This document shows, piece after piece, positions 1 through 11,133 of a stretch of DNA of 20,983 nt. The notes under the pieces were generated by a model. It had not been told where the DNA came from and did not search any database. It saw only the letters and a list, made by a program, of their open reading frames with translations. The stretch lies in NCBI GenBank assembly GCA_013416795.1, contig RQSC01000022.1, positions 134,941 through 155,923 on the forward strand. The letters are read 5' to 3'. The stretch is from Prasinococcaceae sp. CCMP 1430 (taxonomy: Eukaryota > Plantae > Prasinodermophyta). Position 1 is the first letter of the stretch, and the number at the start of each line of letters is the position of its first letter. The position numbers and the translations under genes were made by a program.

Positions 1-22
1 CGCGCACGCTGCTGCCACGAAG

Positions 23-680
23 GGGTGTTGAACGGTTGTAAGTACGGCGTGCCCGCCCTGCGTCGCGCGGGCGGCGGCAGCGTGGTCAACACGGCGAGCT
101 TCGTGGCGAGCGTGGGCGCGGCGACGCCGCAGGTGGCGTACACCGCCTCGAAGGGCGCCGTGCTGGCGCTCACGCGCGAGCTCGCCGTCGTGCACGCGCG
201 CGAGAACATACGCGTCAACGCGCTCTGCCCGGGGCCGCTGAGGACGGAGCTGCTCATGAGGCACCTCGACACCGAAGCCAAGCGGAGGTGTGTGTGTGTG
301 TTGTTTGTGTGTGTGTGTGAGAGAGAGTGTTTGTGTGTGTTGTGTGTACGCGCACGAGCGTGTGTGTGTGTGTGTATGCGCACGAGCGTGTGTGTGTGTC
401 TGTGCACGCATGTCGGTATGTGTGCGCGCGCGCATGTGCAGGTCCGTCGGACGGCTCACTCGCGGTGCGCGAGCGCTTGCGCGCGCACACGCACACGCGC
501 AGGAGGCGCCTCGTGCACGTGCCCATGGCGCGCTTCGGCGAGGCCGAGGAGATGGCGGCGGCGGCGCTCTTCCTCGCCAGCGACGAGGCGAGCTTCGTCA
601 CGGGGGCGGCGCTCGCCGCAGACGGCGGGCTCACCGCAGCGTACGTCACGCCGCTCGCTCCGGGGGAGAAGGAGGCGTGA
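23..680 (+). CDS. Short-chain dehydrogenase/reductase (classical SDR), 5'-partial; exons ~23-287 and 503-680
   Basis: Contains [10 protein letters not shown], catalytic YTASK (YxxxK) and [10 protein letters not shown]. The GT(288)..AG(502) intron splices in frame (AG|G) to [43 protein letters not shown], a typical SDR C-terminus, with stop at 680. The N-terminal Rossmann motif lies upstream of the window. Confidence 0.92.
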
Positions 681-689
681 AAGAGCGGC

Positions 690-1275
<586 letters not shown>

Positions 1276-2013
1276 GTTGTCACGCACGGGGCCACGGCGA
1301 GCTGACAGGTGGCGCCACGCGGATCGGAAAAATGATCGGACGATCGCAACCGACGCGAGAAAAAAAAAAAGAACTGCCAACTCCGTTTTTTTAATCGCGG
1401 GGCTGATGCGCGGTTTTGACCGTCGAAATCGCACGCAACGGGGCTCGATTCGCACGCGAGTGATGTGACCTTGCGGTCGCGTGACTCCCGTCAAATGGGG
1501 TGCCGTGAAATGCTGCGCCGGACGTCGACTGACAACTCCGTTTTTTCAAATGTTTTCGCACCGACAGTGACCGGCAGAACGGAACGTACACAAAAATGCC
1601 GAACAAACAGCCGTTCAAAACGACAGAAACAGCTTATTTAAATACTGTGTTCTGAATATTATCCTCACTTTTTATATGATTTCGTACGTACGAATAAAAA
1701 CCAGAAGAGATTTCGATATGCGCACGCGCCATTTTCTTTTTCTTTTTTTTTTGGAGCGCCGAGGGTCGCATCGGAGGGTACGGCGGCGGCGCCGCCGCGC
1801 GGCGCGGCCCCATACCGCGCGCTCCCCCCCTTCCCGACCACACCACCCCCGTCGCCGTGGGCCTTCGCAGGCCGCGCGCCGCTGCGCGCCCTCGCCGCCC
1901 CTTTTTTTGTTGCTGCCCCTCGGCAGCTCAGTCGAGCCGAGCTGCGGTGTGTGTGTGTGCTGCGGCGGAGGGTGGTGCCCGCACGGGACTCTTCCCTCGA
2001 GGCGCGCACAGCC

Positions 2014-4566
2014 ATGGCGCAGCAGGCTGCGGCGGCGCAGGTGGATGCTGAGCTCGCGAAGGTGGAGGCCGACCTCGCGCAACAGCAGCAGGCAGGCACC
2101 TCGGCGGTCGGCGCGGCGGCGGACGGGAGCCTGCCGGCCCTGCCACCGCTCTCCGCCCTGCAAGGCCCGGCCGCGGCGCGAATGGGGCACGCGCCCACGG
2201 CGGTCGGCGCGTCGCCTGTGGCGCGCGCCATCCAGCCCGCGGTGCAGCAGCAGCCGCAGCCGCAGCCGCAGCAGCAGCAGCAGCAGCAGCAGCCGCCGCA
2301 GCCGCAGCCGCAGCAGCAGCAGCAGCAGCAGCAGCCGCAGCAGCACGTCGTGACATCGCTCGCCGCGGCCCCTCACGCCCGCGTGTCGGGCCTGCTGCAC
2401 GAAGGAGCGCCCGCCGCGTTGTGGCAGGCGCCACACGACTCGCTGCCCGCGGGTGTGGACGCGGCACACGTTGGCCATTCGACGGCGGGCGGGGCAGCGG
2501 GCGGCGATCCGTTCGGCCCTCTGCCGCTCATGCCCGCGTCGTCGACGGGCGTGCCGCCGTCCACGACCAACGCCGGGCTCTCGTCGGGCGCGGCGATGGC
2601 CGCCGCTGCAGGTGCCGCCGCCGCGGGCGCGTCGCTCGGTCACCAATACGCCGCGCCGCAGCTGTGGGCGCCGGCGGCCGGACCACAACATTCCGGCCAA
2701 CCGCTGGCGCTCTCTGTCCACCCGCCGCCCCAACCGCACGCTCAGGTTGCCCCTCCGTGGATGCTCGACGTTCAGCTGGCGCAGGCGAGCACGGCGCTGG
2801 GAAGCGCGCCACCCGCCGGCACCACGAAGTTCGCCGCGGTTGCCGGACACCTGGAGCCCCCGCCGCCGCTGACGCTGCCGAACTTCCTCGGGATGAACTC
2901 GGGCTTCGGGCCGCAGCACGGCAACGCGTTCGACGCGGCGGCTGTCAGCGGGGCCGGCATGATCACCACCCGCCCAGAGTATCGCGGCGGCGGGGCTGTC
3001 GTACTCGGGGGGTTCGACCTCTCGACTCCGGGCGCTGGCATGTACGTGCCGCGTCTGACCACGGATCAGCAGGAGCAGGCCGTTCTCCCGTTCCCCAATA
3101 TGCAGCAACAGCACAGCACGCACGGCATGGCGGGCCCGCGTGTGAGTGTCGATGTCATGAAGGCGTCCGAGGTCGCGCTGGCCGGCATGCATGCCTCGGC
3201 TGGCGGCGCCGGCGTGAATGGCGCCGGCGTGAATGGCAACCTCTCCGCTCCGCCGGCGACGCCGCTGCCCTACGCGCACGCCCAACAAACTCCCGGCGGC
3301 GGCGGCAGCCCCGCGACAGCACTGGCGCCCGGCGCAGCAACGGCCGGTACGACGGGCGCTCAGCCGGGCGCGGAGAAAAAGCGCGCCAGAACTACCAAAT
3401 ACCGCGGCGTGACGTTTCACAAGCGCACGGGGCGCTACGAGGCGCACATGTGGTCCGGCGGCAAGCAAATGTACCTCGGGGGATTCTCGTCGGAGGCCAA
3501 GGCCGCGACGGCGTTCGACTTCATGGCGCTCAAGTGCCGCGGTGACGACGCGCAGCTCAACTTCCCGCGGTCGACGTACGCCGGTGACGAGGCGTGGCTC
3601 CAGAAGGTGACGGCGGATGAGCTCATGCTCAGTCTGCGAAGACACTCAAAGGGGTTCTCGCGCGGAACCTCGAAGTTTCGCGGGGTGTCGCTCAATCCTA
3701 ACGGCAAGTGGGAGGCGCGCTGCTCGGAAGGCGGGCGCAAGTACAGCTACCTGGGCTTGTATGCGACCCAGGAGGAGGCGGCGCGCGCCTACGATAGGAC
3801 ATGCGTGCGACGCAACGGCGCGACGGCGGTGACAAACTTCGGGCTCTCGCAGTACGCCGACGAGCTGAAGGAGCACGAGACGCTGAAGCTCAAGGCCGCC
3901 AGCAACGCGAAACGCAAGGCCAGCGACGCAAATGCCACGCCCGAGGAGGATCCGCCCCCCGAACGCACTCCGCCTCTCGCGCGCGCGCACGCGCGGGAAT
4001 TGTCGCGCCGCAATGCTCGGGGCGCCGGCGCCACGGGCACCGCAGGCACGGACGAGGCAAAAGAGGGCGAGGGCGCGAGGGCGGGTGATGCGACTCGGAC
4101 GGCCAAAGCGCAGACGGGCAACGGCCTCACCAAAACCCGGGAAAGCGCTCCGGCGGGCGCACCGCCGCGCGAGAGCGGCGTCGCGCTCGAGAGCGCGATC
4201 GAGCGGAAGAGGGCAAGGACAGAGGCGCAGACGCAGGCAGAAAAGCCCTCTCTCGCGGGGCCCCGCGCGGCAGGGCACGCAACGGCTGAGGCGTCCGCGC
4301 AACACCAACGCGACCCGCCTCCGACGAGGAATGCAGCAGCTTCCGATGTCGCGCGCGCAACGGAGCTGCCGCCTGCGGGCAGCGCAGCGCCGGCCCCGGT
4401 CACGGCAGTGGCGGCAGCAGCGGCGGCGGCGCTCAATGACAGTCTCGGCCCGTCAATTCCAGGGACCTCTGCCGCTCGCGGCGATGGCGCCACGCTGACA
4501 CGGCGATGCTCCCAGTCCGAGATCCTCGTGGCCGCCGACATCGCTGGTGCCGCAGCGGGAACGTAG
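2014..4566 (+). CDS. AP2/ERF-family transcription factor with two AP2 domains (euAP2-like), ~850 aa, apparently intronless
   Basis: Start at gccATGg 2014. Domain 1 (~3394-3575) is YRGVTFHKRTGRYEAHMWSGGKQMYLGGF..AATAFD..ALKCRG..AQLNF. The linker is LRRHSKGFSRGTSKFRGV. Domain 2 (~3670-3855) is GKWEAR..YLGLYATQEEAARAYD..AVTNF. KKRAR just before domain 1 is NLS-like, and the N-terminus is Q/P/A-rich. Confidence 0.93.
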   Translation: MAQQAAAAQVDAELAKVEADLAQQQQAGTSAVGAAADGSLPALPPLSALQGPAAARMGHAPTAVGASPVARAIQPAVQQQPQPQPQQQQQQQQPPQPQPQQQQQQQQPQQHVVTSLAAAPHARVSGLLHEGAPAALWQAPHDSLPAGVDAAHVGHSTAGGAAGGDPFGPLPLMPASSTGVPPSTTNAGLSSGAAMAAAAGAAAAGASLGHQYAAPQLWAPAAGPQHSGQPLALSVHPPPQPHAQVAPPWMLDVQLAQASTALGSAPPAGTTKFAAVAGHLEPPPPLTLPNFLGMNSGFGPQHGNAFDAAAVSGAGMITTRPEYRGGGAVVLGGFDLSTPGAGMYVPRLTTDQQEQAVLPFPNMQQQHSTHGMAGPRVSVDVMKASEVALAGMHASAGGAGVNGAGVNGNLSAPPATPLPYAHAQQTPGGGGSPATALAPGAATAGTTGAQPGAEKKRARTTKYRGVTFHKRTGRYEAHMWSGGKQMYLGGFSSEAKAATAFDFMALKCRGDDAQLNFPRSTYAGDEAWLQKVTADELMLSLRRHSKGFSRGTSKFRGVSLNPNGKWEARCSEGGRKYSYLGLYATQEEAARAYDRTCVRRNGATAVTNFGLSQYADELKEHETLKLKAASNAKRKASDANATPEEDPPPERTPPLARAHARELSRRNARGAGATGTAGTDEAKEGEGARAGDATRTAKAQTGNGLTKTRESAPAGAPPRESGVALESAIERKRARTEAQTQAEKPSLAGPRAAGHATAEASAQHQRDPPPTRNAAASDVARATELPPAGSAAPAPVTAVAAAAAAALNDSLGPSIPGTSAARGDGATLTRRCSQSEILVAADIAGAAAGT
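2245..2343 (+). repeat. CAG/CCG trinucleotide repeat encoding a polyQ/QP tract in the AP2 protein
   Basis: Read directly: QQQPQPQPQQQQQQQQPPQPQPQQQQQQQQPQQ. Confidence 0.95.
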
Positions 4567-5006
4567 CGCGTGCGCTGCGAGTGGAAGGGAGGGGCGCTGG
4601 GCCCTTCGATCGGCGGCGGACGCAGCTGCTGCACGCAGCCGCGCCTCCGCGCCATGCACGCACACATCCACACATACATACAAGCCCACGGCACGAGAGC
4701 AGTTGTTTATGCACGGCCTCCGCACACTCGCGCATGCGTCGACCCCCACGGGGTCCAGGCACAGCAGCTCGAGCATAGCTGTATGCTGATCGGGAGAGCT
4801 CGTCACGGGCGGAGAGCGCCTCCGCGCGCCTGACGTTAGAGATTACTTCGTTGCCCCCTCCACGCACAGCACGTCCCGCGCGCGCCGCGAGGAGCGCGAG
4901 GAGCGCGTGTGTGTGAGACACACCGCGCGTGCGTTCGCGCGCGTCCACACATCCTGCGAAGGTTCGCTCGCAGCCTCCCCTCGGCGGCGCCACACGGCGC
5001 GCGCAG

Positions 5007-5042
5007 CCCTGAAGCTCGACCACATCCTCGGCCGTGAACGAG

Positions 5043-5109
<67 letters not shown>

Positions 5110-5412
5110 CACACGCGTGTGTGTCTGCGCGTGTGTATGTGTGTGTGCGCGCGCGCACGCGTGTGTGAGTGTCTCGCGCTCACACCCTCTCGCTTCCGCT
5201 CCTCCCCCCGCCGTCGCGCGCGCGCCGCAGTTCGCGTCGCTCTTCGACGCCGAGGAGTGGCGCGAGTTCGCGTTCGCACTGCCGGCGCCGCTGGGCTCCG
5301 TCGTCGCGCTCGGGTGGTCGCAGGGCGGCTGCGAGGGCCTGTGGTCGGCGGCGGCGCTGCACGTTGTTGCCGCGGCGCCCGCGGTGGAGCGCCTGCGCTC
5401 CGCGCGGCGCAG
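5007..5412 (+). CDS. Probable upstream exons (~5007-5044 and 5231-5412) of the methyltransferase gene, or of a separate small gene
   Basis: A (TG)n intron 5045-5230 has a ctcac branch-like motif, a pyrimidine tract and a gcag acceptor, and splices in phase 0 to give [12 protein letters not shown]|[43 protein letters not shown]. Codon usage is strongly GC3, and a gtgcgt donor follows at 5413. GLWSAAAL resembles the G..LW.AA motif upstream of motif I in METTL21-type enzymes. The start codon is unresolved. Confidence 0.5.
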
Positions 5413-6057
5413 GTGCGTTCCGATAGGCGCCTTTCGCGGAGCCGCGCCAATTTCGCGTTCCGTTCCATTCCGAACGCGCTGCTTTCGCGCGCGCGCGCGC
5501 GCGCGCGCGCGCGTGGCGCCGCGGCTGCCCCGAATTTCGCCGCACGTGCCCGTAAAACTCCCCTATCAATTCGAACCCATCTGCGCGATGCGCAATCCCC
5601 GCCGTTTTTGCGCGGGCGCGCGGGCGCCCTCCCCCGGCCGGGCCTGCGCGGCGCGAAAACGGCGCCGCGCCGCGCCGAAACGTGCCGCGCCCCGCAGAAC
5701 GAAGCCGAACGGTCGGCTCGCGACAAACGCCAGAAACGACGTCAAATCGCATTCATTTCCCATATTTTCGTCCGATTTGCCGCGCCAAAATGAATATAAT
5801 ATATCATATTTTCGATACATTTACACACGGGAGAGTTATATGTTTGGATGAAAAGTGATATAGTCAGGCGGTGAGAGTTTTGGGCGGGCGCGGCCCCGCC
5901 CGAAATCGCGGGGATGTACCCGCGCGAATGCGCGCGCGTGCGTTCGGACGGGCGCGCGCGGCGCCCCCCCCCCCCTTTTTTCGCGTTTCGTTTTTCGTTC
6001 CGGCGCGGCCGCGTTCCCCCATCGCCGCCGGGGCGAACGCGCGCGCGCGGCGCGCGC

Positions 6058-6825
6058 GTCGCGCTGGGCGTCGCGTGCGCCACGCGGCTGGGCGTGCCCG
6101 CCGGCGCCACCGTGCACCTCACCGACGGCGACGCGCGCGAGGTGCACCTCCTGCGCGCCAACGCCGAGCGAGCGGGCGAGGACCCGGAGTGCGAGTGCGC
6201 GGTCGTCGCGCAGCGCCTGCTCTGGGGCGCCGCCGCCGCGCGCGAGAGCGACATCCCCGCCGGCGCGTGCGACGTCGTGCTCGCCGCCGAGTGCTGCTAC
6301 GTGCCCGAGATCGTGCCGCTCCTCGCAGAGGTGCGGCGGCGCCCGACCGCCCGCCCGCGTGCGAAGGCGTCGCTGCGCGCACGGTCGCCACGCGTGTATA
6401 CGCACACACACACGCACGCACACACGCTTGCACACACACACACACACAAACGCACACACACGCATATACGCACACACGCACGCACACACACACGCAAACA
6501 CACACACACACACACACACGCACACTCACACGCGCGCGCGCGGCGGCCAGCCGTGCTCCCACTGACACGGCGCCGCCGCCCGCGCCCACTCATCGGCGTG
6601 GCGCCTGCGCAGACGCTCGCGCACTTTTTGGCGCCGGACGGCCGCGCGTACGTGGTGAACAGCTTCGTCAGCACGACGCGGACGCAGGCGGAGGTGCGCG
6701 AGTGCCTCGAGGCGGCCCTGCGCGCTAGCCGCCTCTCGTGGCGCGAGCTCGGCCTCCCGACGGACGAGCGCGCGCTCCGCGGAGCCGGCCGCGCGCTGTA
6801 CGCCCTCGAGATCTGGCGCACGTGA
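6058..6825 (+). CDS. METTL21/Methyltransf_16-like (putative protein-lysine) methyltransferase, C-terminal part; exons ~6058-6330 and 6613-6825
   Basis: Contains LGVACA..LG..ATVHLTD, LLRANAE, RLLWG and DVVLAAECCY (post-I, II and DxxY-like motifs). Phase-0 intron GT6331..AG6612, then LAHFLAPDGRAYVV and stop at 6825. No recognisable LELGxG motif I and no splice acceptor upstream of this exon. Confidence 0.78.
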   Translation, partial: VALGVACATRLGVPAGATVHLTDGDAREVHLLRANAERAGEDPECECAVVAQRLLWGAAAARESDIPAGACDVVLAAECCYVPEIVPLLAEVRRRPTARPRAKASLRARSPRVYTHTHTHAHTLAHTHTHKRTHTHIRTHARTHTRKHTHTHTHAHSHARARRPAVLPLTRRRRPRPLIGVAPAQTLAHFLAPDGRAYVVNSFVSTTRTQAEVRECLEAALRASRLSWRELGLPTDERALRGAGRALYALEIWRT

Positions 6826-7003
6826 GCGCGCGCGCCCGCGTGCGCCCGGACACACACACACACGCACACACACACACACACACAGGCACGCACGCACACA
6901 CACACACACACACATGCATGCAGCGAGCACACATACACACAGCGCTCGCAGCGAGCACGCCGCGCGGGAGCGTGCGCACACGGGTACGTACAGTAATAAC
7001 TAA

Positions 7004-7429
7004 TCACTGCGACGCGGCGAGCGCGGCAGCGCCCGCCGCGCGCCTCGGGGCTGCCGACTCGAGGGCGTGCGCCGGCCCGGCCCCGGCGGGCGCGGCGGAT
7101 GCCTCGATCCACGGGAACGTCGTCACCCGCACCGCGGTGCTCCCGTAGGGCACGAGCTCGATCTCGACCTCGTCGCCGCAGTCGGAGTCGCCGCCGGCGA
7201 CAGGGAGGCTGCAGCTGTACGGGCTCGAGGGCGGGGGCGACATCACCATGCTCTTGCCGTAGTAGCCCCACGGGCGCAGGCGGCGCGCGCGCGCCTTGAT
7301 GCGCATTGGGTACTCCTCGCGCGACCACGCGAGCGACTCGCTCCAGCCGGCGCTCGGGGTGGGGTCTGTGCGCGCGCGTGTGTGCGTGTGTGCGTGTACG
7401 AGTGTGTGTGTGTGTTTGCCCGTGAGTGA

Positions 7430-7484
<55 letters not shown>

Positions 7485-10415
7485 TGTGTGTGTGTGTGCC
7501 CGTGTACGTGCGTGCGTGTGTGTGTGTGTGTGTGATTGTGTGTTTGTGTGTGTGCGCGCGCGCGCGCGCATAAGAGAGCCGGGGTGGAAGAGGTGCACGC
7601 GAAATGTCAGCGCGCTGCACCTGCCACTCGCGCCTGCGCACACGAGCGCGCGTAGGCACGCGGCCAGCGGCAGCAGCGCAGGAACCCACCGAACACGAGG
7701 TTGCCGTTGGCGGCGTCGTCCTCGCCCTCGCCGCCGAGGATCAGAGCATAGTTCCACGGCTCGGTGGCGTTAATCTCGTAGTCGGCGGCGCTGGGGCGCG
7801 ACGGCTCGATTGAGGAGTAGTTGCGCGTCACCTTGGTGGTCGACGCGGGGCGAAGCGAGAACACCAGCGGGCCGCGCGTGACGACCGCCCCGTTGACGGG
7901 AGGCACCGTCCAGGGGGAGGGCGGCGGCACAGGCTCGGGCGAGACGTCCTCCGACCAGCCCACGCGCACGCTCATGCCGAGCGAGCCCTTCCCGACGGGG
8001 ATCTGCACGTTGCGCTGGTTGTCCCGGAACCTCAGCGCGAGCAGGAGGAGCCTCGCATTGGGCACGCGCTTGGAGCCAGCGAGGTCCACGGAGAGCGTCA
8101 CCGGCTCCGAATACGACGTGAAGTTGTCGAAGGAGAACTCGTCGAGCGGCGCGGACCAGGCCGAGGTAGCCAGCTCCTCGCGCGTTACCTCGTCGAGAAC
8201 AACGAAGCGGGCGACGGTGCCCTGCTTGTGGGGATCGCCCTGCCTGGGAGTGTATCCCGCGGCGTACCTGAACGCGATCTCCGCCTGCGTCAGGTAGTGG
8301 CCCTCGCCGCGCAGCGGATGGAGGATGAGCGCATCCTTGCTGTCGCCCGGATTGCCGCTTCGGATGTCCTTGTAGCCGTCGCCCGCACGCGATCCGCCGA
8401 ACGGCGCGTCGAAATCGCTCGAGGGGTCCGCCACGGGCACGGACGCGCCCGCGGCCGCGTACTCGACAGTGCTGATGTTGACCCCGTGCGCGCCCCAACC
8501 GTACTCGACCTTGACCTCTGGATGGAGCTCGACCTTCACGGTGGTGCGCTTGCCCTTGTCGCACGTGACCCCGAAGAGAGCGCCTGCGACGACGGAAAGG
8601 CCGTCCACGGTGGCACCGTCCGCCCAGGACGGGATGCGCACGTAAAGCATCACGTCCTCGCGCGCGTCGACAGTGACGGTGGCGTCGTCGCCGAAGGGGT
8701 ACTTCGAGTCTGTGCGAAAGTCGCCCGCGTCGAGCGACGCCGACGCGGGGACCAGGGATGCGACCACGACTTCGCGCTTGTCCGTGGCGCCCTCGACGAA
8801 AGCGTGCTGCGCGAACTTGGGCCATCCCTGGGGGAAATTCGTGAGGCAGCACGGGAAGTGGCTCACGCCGAAGAAGTTCGCTTGCAAGTCCTCGCCCGAG
8901 GGCGCGTCGTCGCTGCGCAGAGCTCGCGCTGAGGCGCCGCGAGCGCGCCCGGGGGCGGCAGCCGCGCCGCACACTGAACAGCGCGGCGGGCGCACGGCCT
9001 CCGAGGCGGCTGCCCGGTCCTCGCTGTGGCGGATCTGGCCACTCGCGCGCGCGTCGCCGTCGTCTTCAGGGTTCGGGCTCACGCCGGCGAAGACACTGTT
9101 GGCCTGCTGCACGTACACATTGGCCCACATCGTCGCGTCGAGCGCGGCAGGCATCGCGTTGAGCGCGAGGCGCTCCACGCGATCGTAGAGCTCTCCAGCG
9201 CCGAAGGTCGTGAAGGCAAGCTCGAGGCTGGCCATAGCCTCCACAACGAGGCACGTTTCGGTGCCGCGTTCGGGCTGCCGCCCGGCGAAGACCTCGTCGG
9301 CGCTGAAGAGCGCGGCGGGCTGGCCCTGGTACTCGCCCATCATCGCCAGTACGACATCCATTTGGTTGGCGTCCTCCTGACGACCCGTCGCGCGGTAGCC
9401 AACGGACGGCCACTTGAGCGCGCCCTGCGCGGGGTGACGAGGGTGCGCGCGCGCGAGCGCTCGTGTCAGCGCGAGGCGCCTTCAACCGAGCGGGCGCGGG
9501 TGGGGACGGCGGTCGTGGCCCTCCCCCTCCTTCGGCGCGCACGCGCACTCCCGCCGCCGCAGACAGCGCACAGCGCACCTCTGCATTGTTGACGCCATGG
9601 TCGTACACGTTCCAATCGGGCACAGCGCCGCTCGGGAAGTGCTTCCCACCTCCCTGCTCGCTCGCGGTGGCGTTGCGGTGGTAGTAGTCGCGCCAGCTGA
9701 ACCCCTTTGACGCCATGATGGCCGCCGCGCCCAGCAGCGCGGTCGTGGTTGCCTCCCTGCCGAGGGGCATGACTGCGCGGTCGTCGCCGTACCGCGGTAG
9801 GTACCGGTCGACGACGTCATGGACGACCTCGACGAATGTGGGCCACCGCGTCGACATCCATCCCGTCACCGGATCGCCGCTTTCGAGGAGCGCGTTGGCC
9901 GCGACCAGGTGCGCGACCACCGCGCGCGCGGCGCGCAGCTCCGCCGCGGGGTTGGCCTCGCCGTACGCCATGAGCGCCTTGAGGATATTCAGCGGGTCCC
10001 ACATCCCGTGTCCGTATTTGTCCCCCGGCTCGTTGACCGCAGGGCCCACCCAGCCGCTCGTCGCGTTGGCGTGCGCGAGGACGTACTCCATGACCGCCTC
10101 GACGCGCGCGGTGACGCCGCTCGCGACGTCGGCCTGCGCCACGCCCGCCGCGCGCAGCAGCGCGGCGGCGGGCACCATGCCGTTCGCCCAGTACGGGAGC
10201 CACTGGTCGGTGGGCGTCGGGTCGCCGCCCGCCTTGCCGTCGCCGCCGATCCACAGGCTGGTTGACACGTACGGCGCGCCCGGGAACATGGAGTTGTCCA
10301 GGTAGCCCGCGACGCCCTCGGCCTGCGTGAGCAGCTGGGAGCGCAGCCAGCCGCGCGGCGCGACCGCGCCGTACGGCGCGCGCGCGAACGCCGCGGCCGC
10401 GAGCGACCCCCTGCC
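7004..10415 (-). CDS. GH127-like (DUF1680) beta-L-arabinofuranosidase, 5'-partial; exons 10415-9579, 9424-7690, 7365-7004 (~977 aa visible)
   Basis: Motifs include GWLRSQL, WLPYWANG, HGVNNAE|GALKWP, FSADE, GTETC and HFPCCLTN (the Glu/Cys/Cys-Cys zinc and nucleophile set of HypBA1-type GH127), plus SKYPF, RIPSWA, RGPLVFSL, PWNYAL and LVPYGSTAVRVTTFP. Introns 9425-9578 (phase 0) and 7366-7689 (phase 1) are GT-AG and keep the frame. Confidence 0.88.
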
Positions 10416-11058
10416 NNNNNNNNNNNNNNNNNNNNNNNNNNNNNNNNNNNNNNNNNNNNNNNNNNNNNNNNNNNNNNNNNNNNNNNNNNNNNNNNNNNNN
10501 NNNNNNNNNNNNNNNNNNNNNNNNNNNNNNNNNNNNNNNNNNNNNNNNNNNNNNNNNNNNNNNNNNNNNNNNNNNNNNNNNNNNNNNNNNNNNNNNNNNN
10601 NNNNNNNNNNNNNNNNNNNNNNNNNNNNNNNNNNNNNNNNNNNNNNNNNNNNNNNNNNNNNNNNNNNNNNNNNNNNNNNNNNNNNNNNNNNNNNNNNNNN
10701 NNNNNNNNNNNNNNNNNNNNNNNNNNNNNNNNNNNNNNNNNNNNNNNNNNNNNNNNNNNNNNNNNNNNNNNNNNNNNNNNNNNNNNNNNNNNNNNNNNNN
10801 NNNNNNNNNNNNNNNNNNNNNNNNNNNNNNNNNNNNNNNNNNNNNNNNNNNNNNNNNNNNNNNNNNNNNNNNNNNNNNNNNNNNNNNNNNNNNNNNNNNN
10901 NNNNNNNNNNNNNNNNNNNNNNNNNNNNNNNNNNNNNNNNNNNNNNNNNNNNNNNNNNNNNNNNNNNNNNNNNNNNNNNNNNNNNNNNNNNNNNNNNNNN
11001 NNNNNNNNNNNNNNNNNNNNNNNNNNNNNNNNNNNNNNNNNNNNNNNNNNNNNNNNNN
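10416..11058. other. Assembly gap (643 N); likely hides the GH127 5' end and the divergent promoter
   Basis: Run of N read directly from the sequence. Confidence 1.
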
Positions 11059-11133
11059 CCGCGGAACGCGCGCGCGAAAGCGGCGCGGAACGCGTATCGC
11101 GCCGCGCGCGCGCGCATTGGGGGGCGCGCGGGC

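Noticed and set aside
1672-3645. 657-aa minus-strand ORF and other long ORFs overlapping the AP2, GH127, NMO and phosphatase genes
   Set aside because: Antisense or off-frame shadows of GC3-rich coding sequence, with no motifs of their own.
4570-4869. Possible intron (gtgcgc at 4570, ctgac and cacag acceptor at 4869) joining the AP2 gene to the downstream exons as a fusion
   Set aside because: The donor lies after the AP2 stop, and an in-ORF donor at 4547 leads to a stop soon after 4870. It may be a UTR intron; a fusion is not supported without RNA data.
4836-5726. Minus-strand gene starting MERNAKLARLRERRL, or exon [13 protein letters not shown]
   Set aside because: There is no AG acceptor after the (CA)n tract on the minus strand and codon bias is weak. 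Splice signals and GC3 bias favour the plus strand.
5413-6057. MITE or DNA transposon inside the methyltransferase
   Set aside because: No terminal inverted repeats found, and only a 4-bp gcgt flanking match that is trivial in this composition. Kept only as an unexplained interruption.
8913-8995. Extra intron in the low-complexity stretch of the GH127 catalytic domain
   Set aside because: The best GT-AG pair gives 83 nt and would shift the frame, and the ORF is open through it. Treated as a coding loop.
11059-11117. ATG 11117 ([10 protein letters not shown]..) as the GH127 start, in frame across the gap
   Set aside because: Frame continuity depends on an estimated N-gap length, and nearby splice signals point to plus-strand transcription.
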